Both the position numbers and the translations under genes were made by a program. Positions 21,910 through 31,054 of a stretch of 41,777 nucleotides of DNA are shown here, in pieces. How positions within the stretch are numbered: the stretch's first letter is position 1; each line of letters begins with the position of its first letter. The stretch covers positions 1 to 41,777 of the forward strand of contig CBFGJG010000013.1 in the NCBI GenBank assembly GCA_965649055.1. Reading direction: 5' to 3'. Origin of the DNA: a candidate division WOR-3 bacterium (lineage in GTDB: Bacteria > Hydrothermota > UBA3072 > B12-G15). Below the pieces are notes generated by a model. It did no database searches. It saw only the letters and a program-made list of their open reading frames with translations, and was not told where the DNA came from.

Positions 21910-22344
21910 ATGAAAAAGGGTTTCACACTTATTGAACTTATGGTTGTTGTGGTGATTATTGGTATACTTGCAGCAATAGCGATTCCTAACTTTGTCAGGA
22001 TCATTGACAAGGCAAGGGAATCATCTGTTCAGGCAAATATGCACAGCACACAGGTTACCATTGAGACAATGGCAGTTGACCTTGGTGGTTCTTATCCTAA
22101 TGTGGAAAATGATATTGAGGCACAACTTCCACAGAATATGAAGAACCCATGGAATTCAAGCGAAACTTATACAGATGTGTTTGAGATCGATGCAGATGCA
22201 AATGGTCCAACATCAAATGGAGATGCTGGTCATGTCCTTTATGGCGTTACTGGAACACAGGATTTCTACTGGATAAATGGGTTCAACAAGAGTGGTGCAG
22301 CACTTCCGCTTACACTTATGCCTGGTCAGCAATCAGGAACATAA
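21910..22344 (+). CDS. Type IV pilin (likely major pilin)
   Basis: MKKG|FTLIELMVVVVIIGILAAIAIPNF, a strong AGGAGGT SD and its own terminator. Confidence 0.93.
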   Translation: MKKGFTLIELMVVVVIIGILAAIAIPNFVRIIDKARESSVQANMHSTQVTIETMAVDLGGSYPNVENDIEAQLPQNMKNPWNSSETYTDVFEIDADANGPTSNGDAGHVLYGVTGTQDFYWINGFNKSGAALPLTLMPGQQSGT

Positions 22345-22366
22345 TCACACCACACAACAGGATTTT

Positions 22367-22395
22367 AAAAGGGGGCTTTAAGCCCCCCTTTTTTT
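22367..22395. terminator. Bidirectional intrinsic terminator
   Basis: AAAA-GGGGGCT-loop-AGCCCCC-C-TTTTTTT between convergent pilin and rmlB genes. Confidence 0.85.
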
Positions 22396-23533
22396 ATCTT
22401 TTAAGATACCATTTATTATAAAAAATTTTGAATTCCTTATTTCTCTTTATAATATCTTCCCACCATTCCTTATTCTCTTTATACCATAAAACAGTTTTTT
22501 CAAGACCTTCTTCAAATCTTGTTTTGTTCTCAAAACCTAGTTCCCTTATCTTTCTATCTTCCATAGAATACCTTCTATCATGACAGGGTCTATCTTTAAC
22601 ATACTTTATCAAGGATTCAGGTTTACCGAGTATTTTACAAACTTTTCTTGCGATTTCTATATTCTCTTTTTCCGTTCTACCTGATATATTGTATACTTCA
22701 CCAGGTATACCCTTTTCAAGGAGTAATTTTATTCCATAACAGGTGTCTTCCACAAAGAGCCAGTCCCTTATCTGTCTTCCATCTCCATATAAAGGCATCT
22801 CTTCGTTATTTAGACATTTTATCGTTATAAGTGGTATGAATTTTTCAGGGAACTGATAAGGACCATAGTTATTTGAAGGCCTTGCTATCACAATAGGAAG
22901 ATTGAACATCTTAAAATATGAAAATGCAATCCTGTCAGCAGCAGCCTTTGATGCAGAATACGGATTTGTAGGCATAAGAATAGATTCTTCATCAAAGGAT
23001 TTATCAAGAGCAGGACCATATATCTCATCTGTTGATATGTGTATTATCTTTTTGAATTTCTTTTCTTTTATCGTATTATATAAGACAAAAGTCCCAACGA
23101 TATCTGAGAATATGAACCTTTCAGGAAAGATAATAGACCTATCAACATGTGTCTCTGCCGCAAAATGAACAATATAATCTATATCATCTGTTAAATCATT
23201 TATAAGTTCAGAATCAAGAAGATTTCCTTTTATGAAAAGCAAATTTTCATTGTTATTATAGAAACTTTTTAATTTCCTTTTAATGTTACATTCTTTCTCT
23301 TTTATCTTTTTTTCGAATATTTTTTTCCTTATCACACTAAACTCTTCACCTATTTTGAATTTATTACTTTTATCTTTATAATACACATATTTTATAATAT
23401 CTTTGAAATTCTCAGGATTTCCTGAATACTCAATACTATCAAGGATTATTACCTTGTTATCTTTATTTAATATACTCTTTACAAAATTTGTTCCTATAAA
23501 ACCAGCACCACCTGTTATAAGATATTTATCCAT
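22394..23533 (-). CDS. rmlB: dTDP-glucose 4,6-dehydratase
   Basis: ITGGAGFIG, HFAAETHVDRS, STDEIYG, PYSASK and NNYGPYQFPEK. The likely start is ATG 23533. Confidence 0.93.
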   Translation of the reverse strand: MDKYLITGGAGFIGTNFVKSILNKDNKVIILDSIEYSGNPENFKDIIKYVYYKDKSNKFKIGEEFSVIRKKIFEKKIKEKECNIKRKLKSFYNNNENLLFIKGNLLDSELINDLTDDIDYIVHFAAETHVDRSIIFPERFIFSDIVGTFVLYNTIKEKKFKKIIHISTDEIYGPALDKSFDEESILMPTNPYSASKAAADRIAFSYFKMFNLPIVIARPSNNYGPYQFPEKFIPLITIKCLNNEEMPLYGDGRQIRDWLFVEDTCYGIKLLLEKGIPGEVYNISGRTEKENIEIARKVCKILGKPESLIKYVKDRPCHDRRYSMEDRKIRELGFENKTRFEEGLEKTVLWYKENKEWWEDIIKRNKEFKIFYNKWYLKR

Positions 23534-23966
23534 CTTTTCTCTCCCAGCTGTAAGGAATATCATTGTGTGCAGGTCTTCTTAATTCGTCAGGGTTTTCGTA
23601 GTTGTATGTATTTGTTGGTATGTTTATAACATAGCACACATCATTACAGATGTTTTTAAAACCATGCCATATTAATTCAGGGATATGGATTAAAGAAGGG
23701 TTTCTTTCACCAATAAAGAATTCGTTTATCATTCCTTTTGTTGGACTTCCGTCTCTATCATCATAAAGACATAGCTTTATCATCCCTTTTAGACAGACTA
23801 TATTGTCTTTCTGAAATCTGTGTGCATGCCATGCCTTTACAACACCGGGGTATGCAGCAGTAACATATAACTGACCGAATTTAACAAAGATATCGTCATC
23901 GTTTCTTAAGATTTCCATAACAAATCCTCTTTCGTCGGGAATGATATTTAGCTTTTTTACCCTCAC
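23526..23966 (-). CDS. rmlC: dTDP-4-dehydrorhamnose 3,5-epimerase family (cupin)
   Basis: DERG and PGVVKAWHAH..WHGFKN motifs. The start is uncertain (see the ACG finding). Confidence 0.85.
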   Translation of the reverse strand: MRVKKLNIIPDERGFVMEILRNDDDIFVKFGQLYVTAAYPGVVKAWHAHRFQKDNIVCLKGMIKLCLYDDRDGSPTKGMINEFFIGERNPSLIHIPELIWHGFKNICNDVCYVINIPTNTYNYENPDELRRPAHNDIPYSWERKDG

Positions 23967-23974
23967 ACCTTCGA

Positions 23975-24628
23975 TTAACTTCGTAAATCCTCCTTTCTTA
24001 GAATAATTTTAGGGTTCACTGAAAAAATCCTATCTGCAAGGAATCCATTGAATTTTTTCAATTTCTCGTATGCCTTCTTCATAAGGTATTTTCTTTCTGG
24101 ATGCATATCTGAAGCGATAAAATCTATTAAATCATTAAAGATTATTTTCTGAAAAAATCTGTCATTAATAAATGTTTCTGCGTTCACCTGTAAAAGAATA
24201 TTCAATGATTTTAATAATTTGATATCTTTAATATTCCTTGTGTACCTTTCTATATGTGCCACTATCGGTATAAGATTAAAATCTTTGACCCTTTCAATCA
24301 TCTTTATGATTATTGAAAATGTTGTTAGTGGAGAAAATTCAACAAGAATATACCTTGTTCCAGCAATTGTAAATTTTTTCAGATTATCCTGAACATGGGA
24401 AAGGTTCACTTCATATCCTTCAATTATATCCATATCATTTTCTAACTCTTTAATCTTTTCGGATATCTTTTTTTTATCTACGTCTCTGTTGATATCATTT
24501 ATATGGGTTGTCTGGATAACCTGTCTTATACCTTGATTTTTTATTTCTTTTAATATTTCCCGAGATTCTGTTATACTCTTTGGACCATCATCAACATCAG
24601 GAATTATATGACAATGTATATCTATCAT
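23975..24628 (-). CDS. PHP-family tyrosine-protein phosphatase (CpsB/CapC)
   Basis: MIDIHCHIIPDVDDG, TTH, AHIERY and ASDMH motifs. Confidence 0.9.
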   Translation of the reverse strand: MIDIHCHIIPDVDDGPKSITESREILKEIKNQGIRQVIQTTHINDINRDVDKKKISEKIKELENDMDIIEGYEVNLSHVQDNLKKFTIAGTRYILVEFSPLTTFSIIIKMIERVKDFNLIPIVAHIERYTRNIKDIKLLKSLNILLQVNAETFINDRFFQKIIFNDLIDFIASDMHPERKYLMKKAYEKLKKFNGFLADRIFSVNPKIILRKEDLRS

Positions 24629-24633
24629 TTTTC

Positions 24634-25230
24634 CTAAATCTCGTTCCTGTTCTTCAATGCATTAATTATAGTTAATTTATCTGTAAGGTCAATATCGCCA
24701 CCAACAGGGATACCTACACCAATTCTTGTGACCCTGATATTAAATCTTTTAATCTTTTCAGAAATATAATGTGCTGTAGCTTCCCCTTCTGTTGTTGCCT
24801 TCAAAGCAATTATCACTTCTTTTGTATTATCATCAATCCTCTTCAAAAGTTCATCAATCCTTAATTTTTCAGGTCCAATCTTATCAAGTGGTGAAATGAG
24901 ACCACCTGTGATATGATAAAGACCGTTAAATATACCTGTGTTTTCAATGGCAAGTAAATCTGCAACATTTTCAACAATACAAATCTTGCTTCTATCTCTG
25001 TTCCTATCTTCGCATATCTTGCATATCTCGGATTCTGTTAGATTACCGCATATCTTGCAATTCTTCACATTCTGTATCGCATTTAATATTGTGTTCCCAA
25101 TATTTAATCCTTCATCCCTGTGGTTTATAATATAGAATGCAATCCTTTCTGCGGACCTTTTACCTATTCCAGGCAATAACATTAATGAATCAATCAGATT
25201 CTCAAAACTTTTATTCAAAACTACCTCCAA
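24634..25230 (-). CDS. recR: Recombination protein RecR
   Basis: LPGIGKRSAER, a C4 zinc finger and TOPRIM EGEATA. Confidence 0.96.
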   Translation of the reverse strand: MEVVLNKSFENLIDSLMLLPGIGKRSAERIAFYIINHRDEGLNIGNTILNAIQNVKNCKICGNLTESEICKICEDRNRDRSKICIVENVADLLAIENTGIFNGLYHITGGLISPLDKIGPEKLRIDELLKRIDDNTKEVIIALKATTEGEATAHYISEKIKRFNIRVTRIGVGIPVGGDIDLTDKLTIINALKNRNEI

Positions 25231-26746
25231 AAAGTTCTATAGCCTTCTTTAAAACAGGATGTTCGTAAAGATTTTTATCTTTGGGAGATTTCTCAGGTTC
25301 TTTATCGATTATTTTAATTCTTACATTATTACCCACGATACTCTTTGCTATTTCTTCCAACTCGAAGATGTGCTCATCGTGATAAAAATAATGTGATGTG
25401 TACTCAAGTGAGATTTCTCTCTTTTCTTCATTGAAACTAATAAATTTTAAACTATTTATCAAAAGTGGCATAGAACCCATTTTATGTTTCTTCAAGACTT
25501 TTTCCTTAATCTTCTCCCATATATCTTCTTTTTTTTCTAAACTTACCGGTTTTTCAATTAAAACTTCATCTCCAGTCTTCTTTTCCTCCTTATTTTCCTT
25601 AATCTCAATCCTGTTTTTTACTTCGATAATCTGGCTCTGGGATAAAAGATCTGAAATCTTCTTAATGTAAGGAACCCTTGCCATTTTCAAAAGATAAAGT
25701 TCAAGCAAAGCCTTTGAATATGGTATATTTCTCATATTTCTATCAAGTTCAACAGCAAGATTGAATATCGCAGCAAGTGTATCTTCGTCAAGTTTGTTAG
25801 ATATCTCTTTATATATATGTTCTTCGCCGACAATGTAAGGATTCCTTACATCAAGTTTTATCAGGAAGAGATTTCTTATAAATTCTATAAAACCAATGAT
25901 GAATTCCTTTAAATCATAACCTTTATCAAAGACATTTTCCATAATCTGCAGAATTTTTCTATCATCCTTTTCAATTATACCTTCTATAATTTCTTTATAA
26001 AGAGATTTATCAATAAAACCAAAAACATCCTTAACATCTTCTTCAGTAATAATCTCTTCTTTGTAAGACCTTAACTGGTCAAGCATAACTTCTGCATCCC
26101 TTAATGCACCATCAGCCCTTTCAGATATCATCTGTATTGCTTCATCCTGTATAATAATCTTTTCTATATCTGATATTTTCTTTATATGTTCATAGATTTC
26201 TTTTGTTGTCAATTTTCTAAAATCGAACCTCTGGCATCTTGAAAGGATTGTAGATGGAACTTTATATGGTTCTGTCGTTGCAAAAATAAATATAGTATGT
26301 GGTGGTGGTTCTTCAAGTGTCTTAAGGAGTGCATTGAATGCTTCATTTGTTAGCATATGGACTTCATCAACTATATAAACCTTGTACCTGCCTTTTATTG
26401 GTGCATAACCTATTCCTTCTTTTAAATTCCTTACCTCTTCTATTCTTCTATTAGACGCACCATCTATTTCAAGGACATCCTGAGACCTCCCATTTGTTAT
26501 CTCCAAACATTGTGAACATTCGTTACACGGTTCAACATTCACACCCCTTTCACAATTCAAAGCCTTCGATAAAATCCTTGCAACAGTTGTTTTTCCAACA
26601 CCCCTTGGACCTGTGAAAAGATAAGAATGCCCAATCTTTCCTTCTTTTAAGGCATTTTGTAATGTTTTAGTTACATGTTCCTGACCAACGACATCGCTGA
26701 ATTTTTGCGGTCTGTATTTCCTTGCTATAACTATATATTCTTTCAT
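25211..26746 (-). CDS. dnaX: DNA polymerase III subunit gamma/tau
   Basis: ARKYRPQ, GPRGVGKTT, DEVHML, NALLKTLEEPP and SRC motifs. Confidence 0.97.
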   Translation of the reverse strand: MKEYIVIARKYRPQKFSDVVGQEHVTKTLQNALKEGKIGHSYLFTGPRGVGKTTVARILSKALNCERGVNVEPCNECSQCLEITNGRSQDVLEIDGASNRRIEEVRNLKEGIGYAPIKGRYKVYIVDEVHMLTNEAFNALLKTLEEPPPHTIFIFATTEPYKVPSTILSRCQRFDFRKLTTKEIYEHIKKISDIEKIIIQDEAIQMISERADGALRDAEVMLDQLRSYKEEIITEEDVKDVFGFIDKSLYKEIIEGIIEKDDRKILQIMENVFDKGYDLKEFIIGFIEFIRNLFLIKLDVRNPYIVGEEHIYKEISNKLDEDTLAAIFNLAVELDRNMRNIPYSKALLELYLLKMARVPYIKKISDLLSQSQIIEVKNRIEIKENKEEKKTGDEVLIEKPVSLEKKEDIWEKIKEKVLKKHKMGSMPLLINSLKFISFNEEKREISLEYTSHYFYHDEHIFELEEIAKSIVGNNVRIKIIDKEPEKSPKDKNLYEHPVLKKAIELFGGSFE

Positions 26747-26756
26747 AATCTTTTCT

Positions 26757-27031
26757 GCCAGCCATACACCCTGAATCGATATATCCTAACTACCGGTATC
26801 CTTGGTTCTTGCTCCAGTCAGGCTCCCCACCAACAAAGATTTTATCCCTTACCGCTGCTTCCTTCCGGACCTGACGGGGTTCGGGAAAAACCCTTCTGGT
26901 GGACCCAACCTTCATCGCATTCCCCAAAGACCCATAATAGTTATTCAATACCTCATACAGGGCTCTCGGTCCTGCATATAGCGGATTTCAGGTTCAGGGC
27001 ACCGCTAGCTCCCCACCTTAGTACGGCTGGC
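26757..27031 (-). ncRNA. ffs: Large (Alu-domain) signal recognition particle RNA, about 275 nt
   Basis: Minus strand carries the helix-8 signature CCGTCAGGTCCGGAAGGAAGCAGCGG and the Alu-like 5' GGGGAGCTAGCGGTGCCCTG. Ends GCCAGCCGTAC and GTATGGCTGGC pair. It lies upstream of dnaX. Confidence 0.93.
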
Positions 27032-27037
27032 ATTATC

Positions 27038-27065
27038 ATTATAAAGATAAAAATATTAAAGTCAA
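27038..27065 (-). promoter_or_regulatory. SRP RNA promoter TTGACT-N16-TATAAT
   Basis: Predicted +1 (6 nt gap after the -10) coincides with the RNA 5' G at 27031. Confidence 0.75.
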
Positions 27066-27087
27066 GATTTGAAAATATAATATTTAA

Positions 27088-27115
27088 TTGACAAAAATAG
27101 AAAATTTTTTAAAAT
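27088..27115 (+). promoter_or_regulatory. Promoter TTGACA-N16-TAAAAT; leaderless downstream gene
   Basis: ATG 27122 lies 6 nt after the -10. Confidence 0.6.
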
Positions 27116-27121
27116 TTTAAT

Positions 27122-27352
27122 ATGGAAGAAAAAATGGAAAAAAAAGATTTTATACTCTTTGGGAAGTTCAATAATTTCTTGGAAGTGAAGGTTATAGAGT
27201 CAATCTTGAAATCTGAAAATATTCCTTATTTTATCGAACAAGAATCCTTTGGTAAGATTTCAAGTATAACATTTGATGGTCTTGGTGAAATAAAGATTTA
27301 TATTCATAAAGATTACCTGGAAATTGTAAAAGAACTTTTAAAAAATACTTGA
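27122..27352 (+). CDS. DUF2007-like small protein
   Basis: EVKVIESILKSENIPYF...GEIKIYIHKDYLEIVKELL pattern. Confidence 0.75.
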   Translation: MEEKMEKKDFILFGKFNNFLEVKVIESILKSENIPYFIEQESFGKISSITFDGLGEIKIYIHKDYLEIVKELLKNT

Positions 27353-27376
27353 TTTTTCTTAAAATTTTATTATAAT
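27349..27376 (+). promoter_or_regulatory. Promoter TTGATT-N16-TATAAT
   Basis: Motif match upstream of a GGGGGA SD and ATG 27402. Confidence 0.55.
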
Positions 27377-27401
27377 ATAATTGAGAAAAAAGGGGGACAC
27401 T

Positions 27402-30314
27402 ATGATGATATTTATATTATCATTAAATTTTTATTTTTCAAATAATAGGGTTTTAAAACCTGTAAAATATATTGAAAGAAAGGCAGAAAATTTTGTTGAA
27501 GCGAAATCAAAGATTTATTTTGAAGGAATAAGCGAACCCAAGGAAATCGAAGAAATTCAGATTAAAGAAAAAATTTCAAATGTTAACAAGAGAACCTTTT
27601 TTACTACCGACCATGCAGTCTGTGTTGATAACTATAATCAGTCATATCCATCTTTATCCACAGATTCCCGTGGATACATTTATATAGCAATGGACTATTT
27701 TAATGGTTCAACCTATGAGATTGATTTATATCGTTCTATAGATAATGGAGATAATTTCGAACTCCTTTTATATCTTTACCATCCTTCCTACAATTATAGA
27801 TTTCCTCATATTGTGATTGACAATAGGGATACTATATTTGTTTTCTATGAGACCAATGACACAAGGTATGGATTTCAGTACCTTTCTTCACCGGATGGGA
27901 ATAACTGGACAATCTATTATGTAAGTGCATTTAATTTTTACCCGGATTCCTGCGAATATCCAAGGGCTGCAACAAAAGATACTTTGATTTATGTAACATT
28001 TATGTTTGATTATTATGGGAATGGTTCTGATTATGATGTGGGATACGTTTATTCAGTTAATCGTGGATTATCATGGTATGGATATCGTAATAGGATAGCA
28101 AATACTGCAAGACATGAGAGATTCCCAGTTGTTTCAATATCTGATTCAGTTGTAGGTGTAGCATATGAATTTAATAATATTTTAGCTGATACAGATTCAT
28201 TTGATATTTATTATAAATATGATAGAAATCAATCTAATAACTGGACTTTAATCTATGGTATTGCAACATATCATAATGACAGATACCCGGACCTTAAAGC
28301 AGATAAAAGATATATGTATATAGCCTGTCAGAGGAATTATTATACAAAACCTTCAAGAGATTGGGACATATGGATGAGGAAATCATCAAATGGTGGAAAA
28401 TCCTGGGATGGTGCTTCATTTTATCCTGCTTCAACATCTTATGAAGAAAAATTTCCTTCAATCTTCTGCAAGTTAGATACAATGTTTCTTGGATATGTTT
28501 ATAAGGATAGTTTAATCCTTTATGCAGAGACAACGGCAGTATCCAATAATTGGTTTGCTGATACAGTTTCAGATTTAAAATCTGCTGTTTCTGAATTTAG
28601 GACTCTGAATGTCTTAAAAAATGAAAATCAAAGGATGGTTGTATGGACAGATTATAGAAATATTGGAATATTTCCAAACATAGGTTACGACATTTATTTC
28701 TCAACTGATTATCCTTTGACAAACCTGCCGGATATTTCAATTTATAAACCATTATCCTGGTTTGATTGTATTGTTCCATCAAAGATAAGAGGAACGAATT
28801 TCCCTTCAGAAACATTATTAGGTTCGAATGGTAATGATTCAGTCTATATTGATTTTGCATTGATTTCAAATTCACCTGTAGATGTCAGGGATACAATTTA
28901 TATTTCTTTATATGTAGATGGAATATTGGAACAGGTGTTTTTCTCACCACCATTACCGACTGGATGGTATGCAAGAGCTGAAGATTATGCAACATTAATT
29001 ATGGGTGGGAGGCATACAATAAGTTATTATAATGACTATCTTGATAGTATTAAAGAAATATACGAAGATAACAATGATTATGGGAAACAGTTTGTCTTTT
29101 TTCCTTTAATTCTTAACGATAAGATTCCAGGAATTTTTAGAACACCACCATACCCGTATGTAAGTTTCACACCAAATGATACATTCAATTGTGATGGTTT
29201 CAGAATATCCACACAGAATAGATGGTGTGGAGTTGCTCTAAAGCCACCTGCTAATTCTGATTACAACCTGAGATTATACGATGACCACTATCTTAATTAT
29301 AAAACTGGATTTTCAAGTCTTAGAAAGGAATCTAACTACTCAACAGGTGAGGTTGATTTTATACTAATAGATGGAAATCATTTCACAGAAGGAACATTCT
29401 TTTATCCTGGTGTATACATGGTAAACGGTAACGGAGATTACATTATTGAATATAACAGTGGAGATTATACCCTAAATCCTGGTGGCTGGATTATACAGGA
29501 TACCTTAAAAGGTGGTTCTATCATAAAAGTATACGATGCAAATCTTTCTGTCGGGAATAAATATTACATTGCAATTAAAGAGACCCTGACGGATGAAAAT
29601 TTAGGTTTTGCAATCTTCTCATCTGAAGATGGGAACTATATAAAGTCAAGGGGTGAATGGGTTGGATTCAGAGATACAATCACAATAAATGTTTCAAAGG
29701 ATACTTCTTACATTCCTACGACTTCCGATATTTTTAGTATAGTCGTATGGAACAACAATCCATCTTCAAAAGGTGACGCAATCTATAAGATATATATTTC
29801 ATCAGTTCCATTAGTGATTGAATTAACCGAGTTCTTCATCGATGTTAAAGGTAATGAAGTGTTTATATTATGGAATTCACCTCTTGATGTTGATAAATGG
29901 TTTGTAAAGAGAAAAAATCTAAATACAAATGATAGTGTAATATTTAATTTAAAAAATAGTGAAAAAAGATTTGTTGATAGAATTGATTTCTCAGGAAATT
30001 ATAAGTATTATTTTGGATATGAAAAAGGAGATAAATCTGTTATTTTAAAAGAGGAAGATATTACTATAACACTCAAAACATTCCTTTTATCAAACATCGT
30101 ATTTAAAGATATAAAATTCTTTATGCTGAAAGGAACAGATTACTCTATAGAAATATACTCGATTAATGGTTCGTTAGTCTGGTCAAAAAAATACTTCTCT
30201 GATAAGGTGGGAATCCATAAATTTGAATTAAATATACCCAAAGGTATTTATTTTATAGTTTTAAATGAGAACGAGAAAATCCTGATTAAAGAAAAATTAA
30301 TGAAACTTAATTGA
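27402..30314 (+). CDS. Large secreted protein: BNR/Asp-box propeller, CARDB/Ig-like domains, T9SS-like C-terminal domain
   Basis: Asp-boxes SIDNGDNF, SPDGNNW, SVNRGLSW and SSNGGKSW; IKEIYEDNN; PLVIELTEF; C-terminal IYSING..PKGIYFIVL..KLMKLN. Confidence 0.7.
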   Translation: MMIFILSLNFYFSNNRVLKPVKYIERKAENFVEAKSKIYFEGISEPKEIEEIQIKEKISNVNKRTFFTTDHAVCVDNYNQSYPSLSTDSRGYIYIAMDYFNGSTYEIDLYRSIDNGDNFELLLYLYHPSYNYRFPHIVIDNRDTIFVFYETNDTRYGFQYLSSPDGNNWTIYYVSAFNFYPDSCEYPRAATKDTLIYVTFMFDYYGNGSDYDVGYVYSVNRGLSWYGYRNRIANTARHERFPVVSISDSVVGVAYEFNNILADTDSFDIYYKYDRNQSNNWTLIYGIATYHNDRYPDLKADKRYMYIACQRNYYTKPSRDWDIWMRKSSNGGKSWDGASFYPASTSYEEKFPSIFCKLDTMFLGYVYKDSLILYAETTAVSNNWFADTVSDLKSAVSEFRTLNVLKNENQRMVVWTDYRNIGIFPNIGYDIYFSTDYPLTNLPDISIYKPLSWFDCIVPSKIRGTNFPSETLLGSNGNDSVYIDFALISNSPVDVRDTIYISLYVDGILEQVFFSPPLPTGWYARAEDYATLIMGGRHTISYYNDYLDSIKEIYEDNNDYGKQFVFFPLILNDKIPGIFRTPPYPYVSFTPNDTFNCDGFRISTQNRWCGVALKPPANSDYNLRLYDDHYLNYKTGFSSLRKESNYSTGEVDFILIDGNHFTEGTFFYPGVYMVNGNGDYIIEYNSGDYTLNPGGWIIQDTLKGGSIIKVYDANLSVGNKYYIAIKETLTDENLGFAIFSSEDGNYIKSRGEWVGFRDTITINVSKDTSYIPTTSDIFSIVVWNNNPSSKGDAIYKIYISSVPLVIELTEFFIDVKGNEVFILWNSPLDVDKWFVKRKNLNTNDSVIFNLKNSEKRFVDRIDFSGNYKYYFGYEKGDKSVILKEEDITITLKTFLLSNIVFKDIKFFMLKGTDYSIEIYSINGSLVWSKKYFSDKVGIHKFELNIPKGIYFIVLNENEKILIKEKLMKLN

Positions 30315-30338
30315 CATTTATTTTTTTTAATCTAACAT
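30311..30338 (+). promoter_or_regulatory. Promoter TTGACA-N16-TAACAT; leaderless GT2
   Basis: ATG 30345 lies 6 nt after the -10 and there is no SD. Confidence 0.6.
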
Positions 30339-30344
30339 ATTTAT

Positions 30345-31010
30345 ATGAAACTTTCAATAATAATTCCTGTTTATAATGAAAAGGATTTTATTGAAAAGTT
30401 AATAAATCTTGTGAAAGAAATACCTGTTGAAAAAGAGATAATAGTTGTTGATGATTGTTCAAAAGATGGGACAGGTGAAGTTATAAAAAAAATAGAAGGG
30501 ATTAAGGCAATCTCACATGATATAAATAAGGGAAAAGGGAGTGCAATAAGGACAGGATTACAGTATGCGAAAGGTGAATACACAATAATTCAGGATGCAG
30601 ACCTTGAATACAATCCTTTTGATATTCCGAGGTTATTTGATTATGCTATTAAAAACAGTATTTATGCTGTATATGGTTCAAGGTTCAAGGGAAAGGGTAA
30701 ATTTCTTCCTCATAGTTATTTTGCAAATAGAGTCCTTACAATGTTAACTGATATTTTATTTGGTGGGAATATCTCAGATATGGAAACCTGTTATAAACTT
30801 GTTAGGACTGATTTATTAAGGTCATTAAATCTGAAATCAAAGAGATTTGAAATTGAACCAGAAATAACTTCAAAATTGTTAAGGAAAAAAATAAAAATTC
30901 ACGAATTGCCAATAAGATACAAAGGAAGAACCGAAAGTGAAGGTAAAAAAATTCATTGGAAAGATGCAGTTGTAGCAATAATTGTATTATTTAAAATCTT
31001 CATAAGTTAG
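30345..31010 (+). CDS. Glycosyltransferase family 2 (DPM/DPG-synthase-like)
   Basis: SIIIPVYNE, VDDCSKDGT, NKGKG, QDADLEY and DMETCYK motifs. Confidence 0.92.
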   Translation: MKLSIIIPVYNEKDFIEKLINLVKEIPVEKEIIVVDDCSKDGTGEVIKKIEGIKAISHDINKGKGSAIRTGLQYAKGEYTIIQDADLEYNPFDIPRLFDYAIKNSIYAVYGSRFKGKGKFLPHSYFANRVLTMLTDILFGGNISDMETCYKLVRTDLLRSLNLKSKRFEIEPEITSKLLRKKIKIHELPIRYKGRTESEGKKIHWKDAVVAIIVLFKIFIS

Positions 31011-31033
31011 GTGTCAGGTCTTGACATTTGACA
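31010..31033 (+). repeat. Left terminal inverted repeat
   Basis: 24/24 match to the reverse complement of 31983-32006. Confidence 0.95.
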
Positions 31034-31048
31034 AAAATTTAGTATATT
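31021..31048 (+). promoter_or_regulatory. Transposase promoter TTGACA-N16-TATATT (leaderless)
   Basis: The -35 lies inside the left IR and ATG 31055 lies 6 nt after the -10. Confidence 0.6.
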
Positions 31049-31054
31049 GAAACT

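Noticed and set aside
22331..22340. AATCAGGAAC at the end of pilin 2 resembling the pilin promoter motif
   Set aside because: The downstream half of the motif is absent, it is coding sequence, and a terminator follows.
26675..27091. 138-aa plus-strand ORF
   Set aside because: Antisense to the GC-richer SRP RNA and the dnaX start, with no protein motifs.
31010..31033. IR as a dif/Xer site or integron attC
   Set aside because: It lacks the XerD arm (TTATGTTAAAT) and the RYYYAAC/GTTRRRY cores, and no tyrosine recombinase is nearby.
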